A stretch of 26,268 nt of DNA from Bacillales bacterium UBA6414. GTDB taxonomy: Bacteria; Bacillota_I; Bacilli_A; RF39; UBA660. Shown here one piece after another: positions 10,231 to 19,298 of the stretch. The stretch covers positions 1-26,268 of the forward strand of contig DJPK01000060.1 of the NCBI GenBank assembly GCA_002438545.1. Reading direction: 5' to 3'. The position numbers and the translations under genes were made by a program. The first letter of the stretch is position 1. Each line of letters begins with the position of its first letter. The notes under the pieces were generated by a model, which had not been told where the DNA came from, ran no database searches, and was given only the letters and a program-made list of their open reading frames with translations.

Positions 10231-11020
10231 ATTTATTATCTAATGTATTTACTATATCTATAAAAACTTCAAAAGAAACATTTTCTGCTCTATCCGTTAA
10301 AGATAAATTATATTTTTCTAATACACTATTAATAGTATCTAAATCATAACTCTTTAAATTATTTCTTAAATTCTTACGTTTAAACTGAAAAGCATCTTTT
10401 ACTAATTTCAAAAACAATTCATAATTAAAGTTATTATCTATATTACTCTTCTTATTCATTACAATTACAGCACTATCAACCATAGGTTCAGGAATAAAAC
10501 ACTTTCTTGATACATCAACTAATCTCTTAATATCATAATAGTAAGAAAGTATTACTGATATATATCCATAATCTCTTGTATTAACGGAAGCAGATAAACG
10601 CATAGCTACTTCCTTTTGAATCATAATAACTATTTTATCAGGCTTAAACTCATTAACTAATTTCATTATAATAGGACTCGTTATATAGTATGGTAAATTA
10701 GCCACAACATATAATTTCTTATAATTATTAAGCTCCTTTATATCCTCAATACTAGCCTCTAAAAAATCTTTAATATATAAAGTATAATTACTATAACAAC
10801 TTAGTTTATTTCTTAAAATATCTTCAAGTCTATTATCTATCTCAAATAAATAAGCATATCCACATTTATTAATAATATCATAAGATAATGAACCATCACC
10901 TGGGCCAATTTCAATAACTAAAGTATCTTTATCTATCTCAGCACCTTCAATAATCTTATTAACAATATTTTTATCCCAAAGAAAATTTTGTCCTAGAGAC
11001 TTTTTAAAATTAAAATCCAT
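10229..11020 (-). CDS. rsmA: 16S rRNA m6,2A dimethyltransferase KsgA
   Basis: KKSLGQNFL, EIGPGDG, VANLPYYITSP, MIQKEVA. Confidence 0.97.
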   Translation of the reverse strand: MDFNFKKSLGQNFLWDKNIVNKIIEGAEIDKDTLVIEIGPGDGSLSYDIINKCGYAYLFEIDNRLEDILRNKLSCYSNYTLYIKDFLEASIEDIKELNNYKKLYVVANLPYYITSPIIMKLVNEFKPDKIVIMIQKEVAMRLSASVNTRDYGYISVILSYYYDIKRLVDVSRKCFIPEPMVDSAVIVMNKKSNIDNNFNYELFLKLVKDAFQFKRKNLRNNLKSYDLDTINSVLEKYNLSLTDRAENVSFEVFIDIVNTLDNK

Positions 11021-11036
11021 ACAACCTCCATAACAT

Positions 11037-11057
11037 AAAAAGAGGAATACTCCTCTT
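11037..11057 (-). terminator. Terminator after the hydrolase gene
   Basis: AAGAGGA-GTAT-TCCTCTT-TTT. Confidence 0.65.
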
Positions 11058-11811
11058 AGTTAAATCCATATCTATTACCATGGTCAGAAATGTAATTATT
11101 ACTATAACCATAACTTTCCCATGATCTGAAGCCTAAATAATTATTGTTTCTAACACCATTTAATCCATCTAAAACAGCTTCTTTAACATAATTATATTTA
11201 GCACTATTATAATATCTACCAGAAGGTAAATAACTATAATACATATTTCTAAAATATACTTCAAACTGATTAGGAGCAGTTATCTGACTAATAGGATTAC
11301 GTCCGAAATAGTTACCCCATTTATCAGAATCACATCTATTTAATATAACAGAAATAACCGCTAAAGCATCATCAATACTATCTCCTGCTTCAACACATAT
11401 AACAGCGATAAGTAAATCTAAATCACTACCACTAACATCATATGTATTATTATTTACTGATACATTAAATCCCATTGCTTCATCTGTTTTATATTTTAAA
11501 TAAAACTCATCAGCTAAATAACTAACGTTATTATCATTATTTTCAGTCTCTTCAACTGTATCTACTTCTTTTTGAATAGTAGCATCAATTAAATCAACTA
11601 ATTCTTCATCTTTCTCTGTTTTATTTTGTAATAAAGAATTTACTACAAACAACCCTGAAATTACATCTTCTGTCTTGTTTAAATTATTATTCTCTAAAAC
11701 TACTACTTCCTGATATTTATTATCTGCTTTAGAAAACAAAAATACTAAAAATAGTAAAGCAACCATCAACTGTCCGAAGACAATCAGGGTACCAGGTACT
11801 ATTTTTTTCAT
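11056..11811 (-). CDS. Membrane-anchored cell-wall hydrolase, Hydrolase_2 (SleB/CwlJ-like lytic transglycosylase) domain
   Basis: N-terminal TM, acidic linker, LLIAVICVEAG (putative catalytic Glu), AVISVILNR, APNQFE. Confidence 0.75.
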   Translation of the reverse strand: MKKIVPGTLIVFGQLMVALLFLVFLFSKADNKYQEVVVLENNNLNKTEDVISGLFVVNSLLQNKTEKDEELVDLIDATIQKEVDTVEETENNDNNVSYLADEFYLKYKTDEAMGFNVSVNNNTYDVSGSDLDLLIAVICVEAGDSIDDALAVISVILNRCDSDKWGNYFGRNPISQITAPNQFEVYFRNMYYSYLPSGRYYNSAKYNYVKEAVLDGLNGVRNNNYLGFRSWESYGYSNNYISDHGNRYGFN

Positions 11812-11901
11812 ATAATCACCTCTTATTTTTAAAGCATAATCAACTAAATTAAATAAAAAATAACCTAGTTAATCCAGCCTCTTTTTCTTCAGGCAATAAT
11901 A

Positions 11902-11930
11902 ATTCTATCATAATTATCTATAAATGTCAA
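11902..11930 (-). promoter_or_regulatory. Strong sigma-A promoter of the hydrolase gene
   Basis: TTGACA-N17-TAGAAT with an extended TG, overlapping the tatD 3' end. Confidence 0.7.
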
Positions 11931-12669
11931 ATATCCTTCCTGCATTGGCCGTCGTAGTCCTTACAACATCATCATAACTAATACCCTTCACATCAGCAAT
12001 TTTATTCGCTATAACCCCTAAATATTTAGGACTATTAGCATACTTTCTATATGGAACTGGTGTCAAATATGGCGCATCAGTTTCCAATAATATATATTCC
12101 AAACTAATATTTTTTATAACTTCTATAATATTCTTCGCATTATTATAAGTACATACTCCACCAATACCAAGACATATTCCTAACTTAGTAAACTCTCTAG
12201 CCATCTCTAAACTACCTGAGTAACAATGAAGAGTACCACCAACAGAATATTCTTTTAATATATTATATGTATCTCCTATCGCATCTCTACTATGTATAAT
12301 AACAGGCTTATGATATTTACTAGCTATTTCTAATTGTCTTCTAAAAAATAATTGTTGTTTTTCTTTATCAGTATTATCGTAATGATAATCAAGACCGATC
12401 TCTCCAATTGCCACAATTTTATCATTAGATATATTCTTTTCAATAAAGTCAAGACAATCTAAACTAACATCTTCTAGCTCTGTTGGATGAAAACCAATTG
12501 CACCATAAACTATATCATATTTAGAAACAAGTCTTAGTACCTCCTGACAATTTTTCATATTAGTACCATTAACTATAATAGCCTTAACCCCAGCTTCTTT
12601 AATCTTTTCTATTTCTTCATCAATATTATCATAATACTCACTTAATATATGACAATGTGTATCTATCAT
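11914..12669 (-). CDS. tatD: TatD family nuclease (YabD)
   Basis: DTHCH, GFHP, GEIGLDY, IHSRDA, LHCYSG, ETDAPYL. ATG at 12669 follows AGGAGG. Confidence 0.95.
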   Translation of the reverse strand: MIDTHCHILSEYYDNIDEEIEKIKEAGVKAIIVNGTNMKNCQEVLRLVSKYDIVYGAIGFHPTELEDVSLDCLDFIEKNISNDKIVAIGEIGLDYHYDNTDKEKQQLFFRRQLEIASKYHKPVIIHSRDAIGDTYNILKEYSVGGTLHCYSGSLEMAREFTKLGICLGIGGVCTYNNAKNIIEVIKNISLEYILLETDAPYLTPVPYRKYANSPKYLGVIANKIADVKGISYDDVVRTTTANAGRIFDIYR

Positions 12670-12690
12670 TATTAAACCTCCTATCATAAG

Positions 12691-12714
12691 AAAAAACTAT
12701 AATTACTATAGTTT
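12691..12714 (-). terminator. Terminator-like hairpin after the small ORF
   Basis: AAACTATA-GTAAT-TATAGTTT-TTT. Confidence 0.55.
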
Positions 12715-12880
12715 ATCTATTTCTAAAAGAAGAAATTACATACTTAACAATTATCATACCTGCTACCACAAAATAGCAAATATCAATAATATTTTTATAT
12801 ACTAAGGCGTTAAGCCCCACCAGCAACAAAAATACAACTAAATAAAACTCCAAAATACGTTCTTGAAATATAGTCTTCAT
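12713..12880 (-). CDS. Small two-TM membrane protein of unknown function, 55 aa
   Basis: Translated by hand: MKTIFQERILEFYLVVFLLLVGLNALVYKNIIDICYFVVAGMIIVKYVISSFRNR*. AAGGGAG RBS and a downstream hairpin. Confidence 0.7.
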   Translation of the reverse strand: MKTIFQERILEFYLVVFLLLVGLNALVYKNIIDICYFVVAGMIIVKYVISSFRNR

Positions 12881-13003
12881 CTTAGCTCCCTTTTCATCTA
12901 AAACTGCAACTACTACATTCTAAATATATCAAATCTAAAAAGAAAAGTAAACAAATTACTAATATTTACAATATTTTACACTCAGAACGTAAAAAACAAC
13001 AAA

Positions 13004-14542
13004 TTACTCTGTGGTCTTCTCTATTCTCTTAAATAAAGGTACTGGATCATTCAACTTAGAACCTTCTACTAAATGACCAAAAGATGTTGTTGTGTCAATA
13101 GAATTAATAGAAGTATTTAACTGTCTAAATATTTCTTCACTAGTATCAGGTAAGAACGGACTCAACAATATAGCACCTATTCTAATAGATTCAAGTAAAT
13201 TATATATAACAGTCTTTAACTTTTCACGGCTATTCTCATCTTTTGCTAAAATCCAAGGCGTAGTTTCATCAATATATTTATTACATCTTTTAAATATTTC
13301 CATAATCGCATCTAGTGCTTCAGGTACTTTTAATTCATCCATATATTTATCAACAGTATCCTTAGTAGAAATAACAAGATTAATTAATTCATCATCAAAC
13401 TCTGTCTTATCATTGCCCTTAACAACAATATTATCAAAATATTTTTTATTCATTGCAATAGTACGATTAACTAAATTACCTAAAACATTAGCTAAATCGG
13501 CATTAGTTCTATTAACGAGTGCTTCTTCCGAAAAATTACCATCACTACCAAAAGGAACCTCTCTTAATACAAAATAACGTACAGCATCCTTACCATAAGC
13601 ATTAATATACTCTCTTGGGTCTTTATAATTACCTAAACTCTTAGATATCTTACCGCCATTGATAACTAACCAACCATGTCCAAATACTTGTTTAGGTAAA
13701 GGTAAATCTAAAGCCATTAACATAATTGGCCATATAATAGTATGAAATCTAACTATTTCTTTACCAACAATATGTAAATCTGCTGGCCAATACTTCTTAA
13801 ACTTCGAATCATCATCACTTAAATATCCTAAAGCACTAATATAATTACTTAAAGCATCTATCCATACATAAACAACATGCTTAGTATCAAATGAAACAGG
13901 TATTCCCCAATTAAAACTAGTACGAGAAACACATAAATCTTGTAAACCCGGCTTAATAAAATTATTAATCATCTCATTCTTACGAGATACCGGTTGAATA
14001 AACTCCGGATGTGTCTCAATATACTCAACTAATCTATCCGCATATTTACTTAATCTAAAGAAGTATGCTTCCTCACGAGCTTCTTCAACATCTCTCCCAC
14101 AATCAGGACATTTGCCATCAACAAGTTGTGATTCCGTCCAAAATGATTCACAAGGTGTACAATATAACCCTGAATATTCTCCCTTATAAATATCTCCTTG
14201 ATCATATAAACGTTTAAATATCTTTTGAACAGTCTCAACATGTTCAGGATCAGTAGTTCTAATAAATTTATCATATGAAATACCTAATGATGCCCATAAA
14301 TCTTTAGCATTCTCTATTATTTTATCAACATATTCCTTAGGACTTACTCCTGCTTCCATAGCTTTCTTTTCTATCTTTTGCCCATGCTCATCAGAACCTG
14401 TTAAAAAGAAAGTATCAAAACCATTCTGTCTCTTATATCTTGCAATAGCATCTGCTATTATTGTAGTATAACAATGCCCAATATGAAAATTAGCACTTGG
14501 ATAATATATTGGTGTTGTTATATAAAATTTCTTGTTTTCCAT
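13004..14542 (-). CDS. metG: Methionyl-tRNA synthetase, short form (512 aa, no C-terminal tRNA-binding domain)
   Basis: YITTPIYY, HIGH, Zn knuckle CTPC..CPDC, YVWIDAL, KISKS. ATG at 14542 follows GGGAGGAG. Confidence 0.97.
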   Translation of the reverse strand: MENKKFYITTPIYYPSANFHIGHCYTTIIADAIARYKRQNGFDTFFLTGSDEHGQKIEKKAMEAGVSPKEYVDKIIENAKDLWASLGISYDKFIRTTDPEHVETVQKIFKRLYDQGDIYKGEYSGLYCTPCESFWTESQLVDGKCPDCGRDVEEAREEAYFFRLSKYADRLVEYIETHPEFIQPVSRKNEMINNFIKPGLQDLCVSRTSFNWGIPVSFDTKHVVYVWIDALSNYISALGYLSDDDSKFKKYWPADLHIVGKEIVRFHTIIWPIMLMALDLPLPKQVFGHGWLVINGGKISKSLGNYKDPREYINAYGKDAVRYFVLREVPFGSDGNFSEEALVNRTNADLANVLGNLVNRTIAMNKKYFDNIVVKGNDKTEFDDELINLVISTKDTVDKYMDELKVPEALDAIMEIFKRCNKYIDETTPWILAKDENSREKLKTVIYNLLESIRIGAILLSPFLPDTSEEIFRQLNTSINSIDTTTSFGHLVEGSKLNDPVPLFKRIEKTTE

Positions 14543-14570
14543 ATCTATTCTCCTCCCATAAATACCAAAA

Positions 14571-14780
14571 ATAAAAAATCCATCCAACTAAGGACGAATT
14601 TAATATCCGCGGTACCACCTTATTTTATAATTATATAATTATACACTTATAGCTATAACGCACTACCGCTTAAACAAAAGTTAAGATAACTCCAGAACCA
14701 TTTATAATAGCTATTATATCTAATTTCCATCATCATAGACTCTCTATAATAAATCACTATTACTCTTTCCTTCTTCGTTA
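14571..14780 (-). ncRNA. T-box riboswitch (Met specifier) controlling metG
   Basis: AAGGTGGTACCGCG T-box at 14608-14621, terminator CGTCC/GGATG plus T tract, stem I AGAGA and GATG-type motifs, ATG specifier at about 14701-14699. Confidence 0.92.
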
Positions 14781-14789
14781 AACACCCAT

Positions 14790-14818
14790 ATTATAACATA
14801 TGATTTTTTAAATATCAA
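14790..14818 (-). promoter_or_regulatory. Sigma-A promoter of T-box/metG
   Basis: TTGATA-N17-TATAAT with an extended TG. Confidence 0.75.
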
Positions 14819-14820
14819 GA

Positions 14821-15351
14821 CTAATCTATAAACTCTCCTCCAAGAAGTTTAGCCATTATACTAGCCATTTTCTCTTCAGTCTCCATAATTGGATTATCAA
14901 GTGATAATATAATTACACTCCCAATAGCATCACCATTATTAATAATCGTACTAAAAGCATAATAACCATATTCATCATCTTCATTAGTTAAATATATATT
15001 CTTCTTTTTATTCTCTACAAAATTATCTCTACGTTCAATCATACTCTCAATAACATCACTAATTTCACGACCAATATACTTCTTCTTAAGTGAACCTGTA
15101 ATAGCTAATATCTTATCTCTATCCGTAACAATAATATTATGTTTTAATATCTGATAAAAAGAATCACAGTACCTACTAGCAACCTCTCCAATACTCTTCA
15201 TAGGTGAATACTTCTCTAACATTATCTTTTCATCATCTACAGATATTTCTAAATAATCACCATTATTAATACGTAAATTCTTTCTAATCTCTTTTGGAAT
15301 AACAATTCTTCCTAAATCATCTATTCTCCTAATAACACCAGTTGTTTTCAA
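14821..15351 (-). CDS. spoVT: Stage V sporulation transcription regulator SpoVT
   Basis: TTG start at 15351 after GAGGTG gives MKTTGVIRRIDDLGRIVIPKEIR (AbrB domain) plus a C-terminal GAF-like domain (GDAIGSVII). Confidence 0.92.
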   Translation of the reverse strand: MKTTGVIRRIDDLGRIVIPKEIRKNLRINNGDYLEISVDDEKIMLEKYSPMKSIGEVASRYCDSFYQILKHNIIVTDRDKILAITGSLKKKYIGREISDVIESMIERRDNFVENKKKNIYLTNEDDEYGYYAFSTIINNGDAIGSVIILSLDNPIMETEEKMASIMAKLLGGEFID

Positions 15352-15369
15352 AAAACTCACCTCTGATAA

Positions 15370-15399
15370 TACTATTGTCAAATTCTGTAAAAAATATAC
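15370..15399 (-). promoter_or_regulatory. Forespore (sigma-F/G-like) promoter of spoVT
   Basis: GTATA-N15-GACAATAGTA. Confidence 0.6.
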
Positions 15400-15405
15400 T
15401 AACAA

Positions 15406-18400
15406 TTACTTATTATCAATCATTTTTTTAATAACAATCAATAAATCAACTAAATATAATATAAAATGTTTATCTAACTTAACAATATCTAATATTACAT
15501 GAATGCAATTATTTTTATAACTTAATCTAAACATCTTAGATAATTTATATGTTTCATTAAATAATTCTTCACCATTAATCTTATCAGATAACTCTTTAGG
15601 TAATTCTATATCTATATAATTTTTAGTATTAACAACATTAGTAATATTTAAACTACTTGCTAAATATTCAAACCATTCTTCATACATATATATAATTAAC
15701 TCATCACTTAATTTACCAAATCTATCTTCAAGTTCATGTTTAACTAAATCAAACTTCTCTTTAGAATCAACCTCATTAATCTTCTTATGAATCTCAATCT
15801 TAAGTTCTGTATCAGATACATAACTATTGTCAATATGTGTTGATACTTCAATTAACTGTTTATCTTTCTTAATACTATTATCATCTTCTTCAACTACTTC
15901 TTCACCTTTAGCCGCTCTAACCGCCTCATTTAGCATTTTTAAATATAAATCTATACCAATAGTATCTACAAATCCTGATTGATCACGACCTAAAATATCC
16001 CCTGCCCCACGAATAGACAAATCTCTCATCGCAATCTTAAAACCACTACCAAGCTCTGTAAACTCTTTTATAGTATCCAATCTCTTAATAGCGATATCAT
16101 TTAACATCTTATTCTTATCATACATTAAATAACAATAGCCAATTACTGTACTACGCCCAACTCTGCCTCTTAACTGATATAATTGTGATAAACCAAATCG
16201 ATCAGCATCTATAATAATTAAAGTATTAGCATTAGGAATATCAATACCTGTTTCAATAATAGTTGTACATACCATAATATCATACTCATGATTAATAAAC
16301 TTCATCATCTTATTCTCTAAAGCATCTTTAGTCATTCTCCCATGAGCAAAATCAATTCGTGCATCCGGTACTAAATCTTTTATTTCAAGTACCTTGCTCT
16401 CTATACTTTCAACTCTATTATAAAGAATAAATACTTGTCCACCTCTAGATAACTCTTTATATATTGCATCCTTAATAATCAATTTATTTTCTGCTAAAAC
16501 ATAAGTCTGAATTGGATATCTAAGTGCTGGCGGTGTCTCAATAAGTGAAAGACTACGAATTCCTGACATTGACATCTGTAATGTTCTAGGTATTGGTGTT
16601 GCCGACAAAGTAAGAACATCAACATTAGATTTATATCTCTTAATCTTCTCTTTATGTGTAACGCCAAATCTTTGTTCCTCATCTATTACTAATAATCCTA
16701 AGTCTTTATATTGAATATCATCACTAAGTAATCTATGTGTACCAAATATAATATCTATCTTGCCCTCTTTTAAATCTTCAATAATCTTCTTTTGTTTATC
16801 TTTATCCACAAACCTGTTGATAAGCGCAATTCTAACCGGAAAATTAGCAAATCTAGATATCGCAGAATTATACTGTTGACTAGATAAAATTGTTGTTGGA
16901 CATAAATACGCAACCTGCTTACCATCATTAACAGCCTTAAACATCGCTCGAAAAGCAACCTCAGTCTTACCATAACCAACATCACCACATAGTAGCATAT
17001 CCATAGGTTTAGATTTCTCCATTTCAGACTTAATCATCTTAATAGCCTTCATTTGATCAGGAGTCTCCTCATAATTAAACTCATTATCAAACATAATTTG
17101 ACTCTCATCATCCATAGAAAAAGCATATCCCTTCTGTACCTCACGCTCAGCAGAAAGTTTAAGTAAATCTTTAGCAATACTCTCTAACTTCTCTCTAACC
17201 TTACCTTTTTTCTTCTTCCATTCATTAGAATTTAACTTACTAACTTTAAGAGAAACTCCCTCTTTACCAGAATATTTACTAATTCTATTAATATTTTCAA
17301 CAGGAATATATAAACAATCTCCACCATCATATAATAAACGAATATAATCTTTCTGAATACCATTCTTTGTAATAGTATTTATCCCATCATATATTCCAAT
17401 ACCAAATACTTCGTGAACAATATAATCTCCCTTGTTTATATTACCAATATTACTAAGTTTATGACCTATCTTATACTTAGACTTATACTTATTACTACTC
17501 TTTTCATGAGAAAATATATCATTAAGTGATAAAACAACATAATCTTTATATATAAAACCACTATCAACATCTTTGCTAATAAAATTAATATAATTATTAG
17601 TAATATTATCCTCACTAGTAAATACTATATTATCAATATCTAAATATTTAATAACTCTATCTCTTGCTACTACATCACCAATACAAAACAGTATTGTCTT
17701 ATTATTCTTTAAATAATTCTTTAAATCATCACGCAATAACTCATAGTTCCCATTATAATTATGAATAACATTAGAACTATATTTAATAATATTTACTTTA
17801 TCATTATCACTAAATACATTATCAAAAGATAAAAAGTAAACTATCTTATTAAAATCTATATCCTTAAGATTAAACATATAATCCATATTCTTAATATCGT
17901 TATTAACATTATAATCAAAAATAGTCCTCTTAAGAACATCATACCCATTACATATCTGATTATAATCATAAAAGAACATTGTTCCATCCCCAATATAATC
18001 AAGAATATTAACTACCTTACTAGAATACTTCTTTAAAAACTTTTGTGAGCATTCCATATTATCAAACTCTTTATCTACAATAAACTCTGTATACGGATAA
18101 ATAGTTATCTCATCAACATTAGAAAAAGATAACTGTGTATTCATATCAAAATATTTAATAGAATCTATTACATCTCCCCAAAACTCAATTCTGATAGGAT
18201 TATCTTCACCAACCGCAAAGATATCAATAACATATCCCCTAATACCAATTTTACCAGTCTCAGAAACGATAACATCTCTCTCATAACCCATATCAAATAA
18301 TTTATTAATAAACTCATCTCTATCCACAGACATGTTGACGGACAATTTTATAATATTATCTTTCCATAAATCATGACTAGGTAAATATCTTAAATAACCC

Positions 18401-18726
18401 ATTAAATTACTAACAACAATGTAATTACTATCACTAACTAATTTATTTAAAGAAACAATTCTCTCAGTCTTAAACTCCGGACTAATTGCCACTGCCTCAC
18501 TAGTTAAAAAATCATCCATAGGAAAAAATAGTACCCTATCAGTATAATTAGCTAACTTCTTATAAATGTTATTAGCCTCATATAATGAATTAGCAACTAC
18601 TAAACATCCTCTATTACTATGAATAAACTTATCATAAACATAGATAGAAGCAAGTTCCATATTAAGTCCACTAATAGCATACTTATCAAAACTACTATCA
18701 TCAAATAAATTATCAAAAAATTTCAT
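15406..18726 (-). CDS. mfd: Transcription-repair coupling factor Mfd
   Basis: GDVGYGKTEVA, DEEQRFG, SATPIPRT, QLRGRVGR, TRG motif RGAGDILG; CarD-like RID domain. Confidence 0.97.
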   Translation of the reverse strand: MKFFDNLFDDSSFDKYAISGLNMELASIYVYDKFIHSNRGCLVVANSLYEANNIYKKLANYTDRVLFFPMDDFLTSEAVAISPEFKTERIVSLNKLVSDSNYIVVSNLMGYLRYLPSHDLWKDNIIKLSVNMSVDRDEFINKLFDMGYERDVIVSETGKIGIRGYVIDIFAVGEDNPIRIEFWGDVIDSIKYFDMNTQLSFSNVDEITIYPYTEFIVDKEFDNMECSQKFLKKYSSKVVNILDYIGDGTMFFYDYNQICNGYDVLKRTIFDYNVNNDIKNMDYMFNLKDIDFNKIVYFLSFDNVFSDNDKVNIIKYSSNVIHNYNGNYELLRDDLKNYLKNNKTILFCIGDVVARDRVIKYLDIDNIVFTSEDNITNNYINFISKDVDSGFIYKDYVVLSLNDIFSHEKSSNKYKSKYKIGHKLSNIGNINKGDYIVHEVFGIGIYDGINTITKNGIQKDYIRLLYDGGDCLYIPVENINRISKYSGKEGVSLKVSKLNSNEWKKKKGKVREKLESIAKDLLKLSAEREVQKGYAFSMDDESQIMFDNEFNYEETPDQMKAIKMIKSEMEKSKPMDMLLCGDVGYGKTEVAFRAMFKAVNDGKQVAYLCPTTILSSQQYNSAISRFANFPVRIALINRFVDKDKQKKIIEDLKEGKIDIIFGTHRLLSDDIQYKDLGLLVIDEEQRFGVTHKEKIKRYKSNVDVLTLSATPIPRTLQMSMSGIRSLSLIETPPALRYPIQTYVLAENKLIIKDAIYKELSRGGQVFILYNRVESIESKVLEIKDLVPDARIDFAHGRMTKDALENKMMKFINHEYDIMVCTTIIETGIDIPNANTLIIIDADRFGLSQLYQLRGRVGRSTVIGYCYLMYDKNKMLNDIAIKRLDTIKEFTELGSGFKIAMRDLSIRGAGDILGRDQSGFVDTIGIDLYLKMLNEAVRAAKGEEVVEEDDNSIKKDKQLIEVSTHIDNSYVSDTELKIEIHKKINEVDSKEKFDLVKHELEDRFGKLSDELIIYMYEEWFEYLASSLNITNVVNTKNYIDIELPKELSDKINGEELFNETYKLSKMFRLSYKNNCIHVILDIVKLDKHFILYLVDLLIVIKKMIDNK
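16802..16823. promoter_or_regulatory. Inverted DnaA-box pair inside mfd
   Basis: TTATCCACA-AACC-TGTTGATAA: a consensus box plus a one-mismatch inverted box. Confidence 0.55.
18319..18339. repeat. 21-bp direct repeat, copy 1 (DnaA-box-like pair, in mfd)
   Basis: TCTATCCACAGACATGTTGAC; 20/21 identical to 18777-18797. Confidence 0.6.
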
Positions 18727-18749
18727 ATCAAATCAATCCCCACTATCAA

Positions 18750-19298
18750 CTATAGTGAATTATATTTATTCATAAGTCTATCCACAGATATGTTGACAAT
18801 ATCATCAAATATATTATTTAACTTTTCAAAAGAATTATTCAAAGTATTATAATCTTCCTTACTAAATCTTGTTAAAACATAATCAATAATATCATTACTA
18901 CTACGTCCTATTCCAATCTTAATTCTAACAAAAGCTTTACTACCAATACACTCGATAATATTCTTTATTCCATTATGCCCACCTGAATTATGATTATAAC
19001 ATATCTTAATTTTACCAACATCCATATCTAAATCATCCTGAATAACATATAAATCATTAATATCTATCTTATAATAATCAATATATCTCTTAACAACCTC
19101 TCCTGAAAGATTCATAAAAGATAATGGCTTTATAAATAAAACTTTTTCATCTCCATAATTAGTAAACTTTTCAAAAGCATTAAACTTCTTATTTAAAGAA
19201 AATCCTGTAATATATTTATCTAATAACATAAAACCAATATTATGTCTTGTACCATCATACTTATCACCAGGATTACCTAAACCTACTATTAACTTCAT
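18750..19298 (-). CDS. pth: Peptidyl-tRNA hydrolase
   Basis: LIVGLGNPG, TRHNIGF, FMNLSG, GGHNG, RIKIGIG. Confidence 0.97.
   Translation of the reverse strand: MKLIVGLGNPGDKYDGTRHNIGFMLLDKYITGFSLNKKFNAFEKFTNYGDEKVLFIKPLSFMNLSGEVVKRYIDYYKIDINDLYVIQDDLDMDVGKIKICYNHNSGGHNGIKNIIECIGSKAFVRIKIGIGRSSNDIIDYVLTRFSKEDYNTLNNSFEKLNNIFDDIVNISVDRLMNKYNSL
18777..18797. repeat. 21-bp direct repeat, copy 2 (DnaA-box-like pair, in pth)
   Basis: TCTATCCACAGATATGTTGAC. Confidence 0.6.

Noticed and set aside
4365..12954. AGTAAACAA recurring in intergenic regions (about 4366, 4412, 12946)
   Set aside because: A short AT-rich word that partly coincides with a -35 element; cannot be told from chance without statistics.
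13640..13657. KISKS (ATA codon) instead of KMSKS in MetRS as a hint that AUA=Met
   Set aside because: An intact tilS is present and ATA is used widely at Ile positions, so this is better read as a motif variant.
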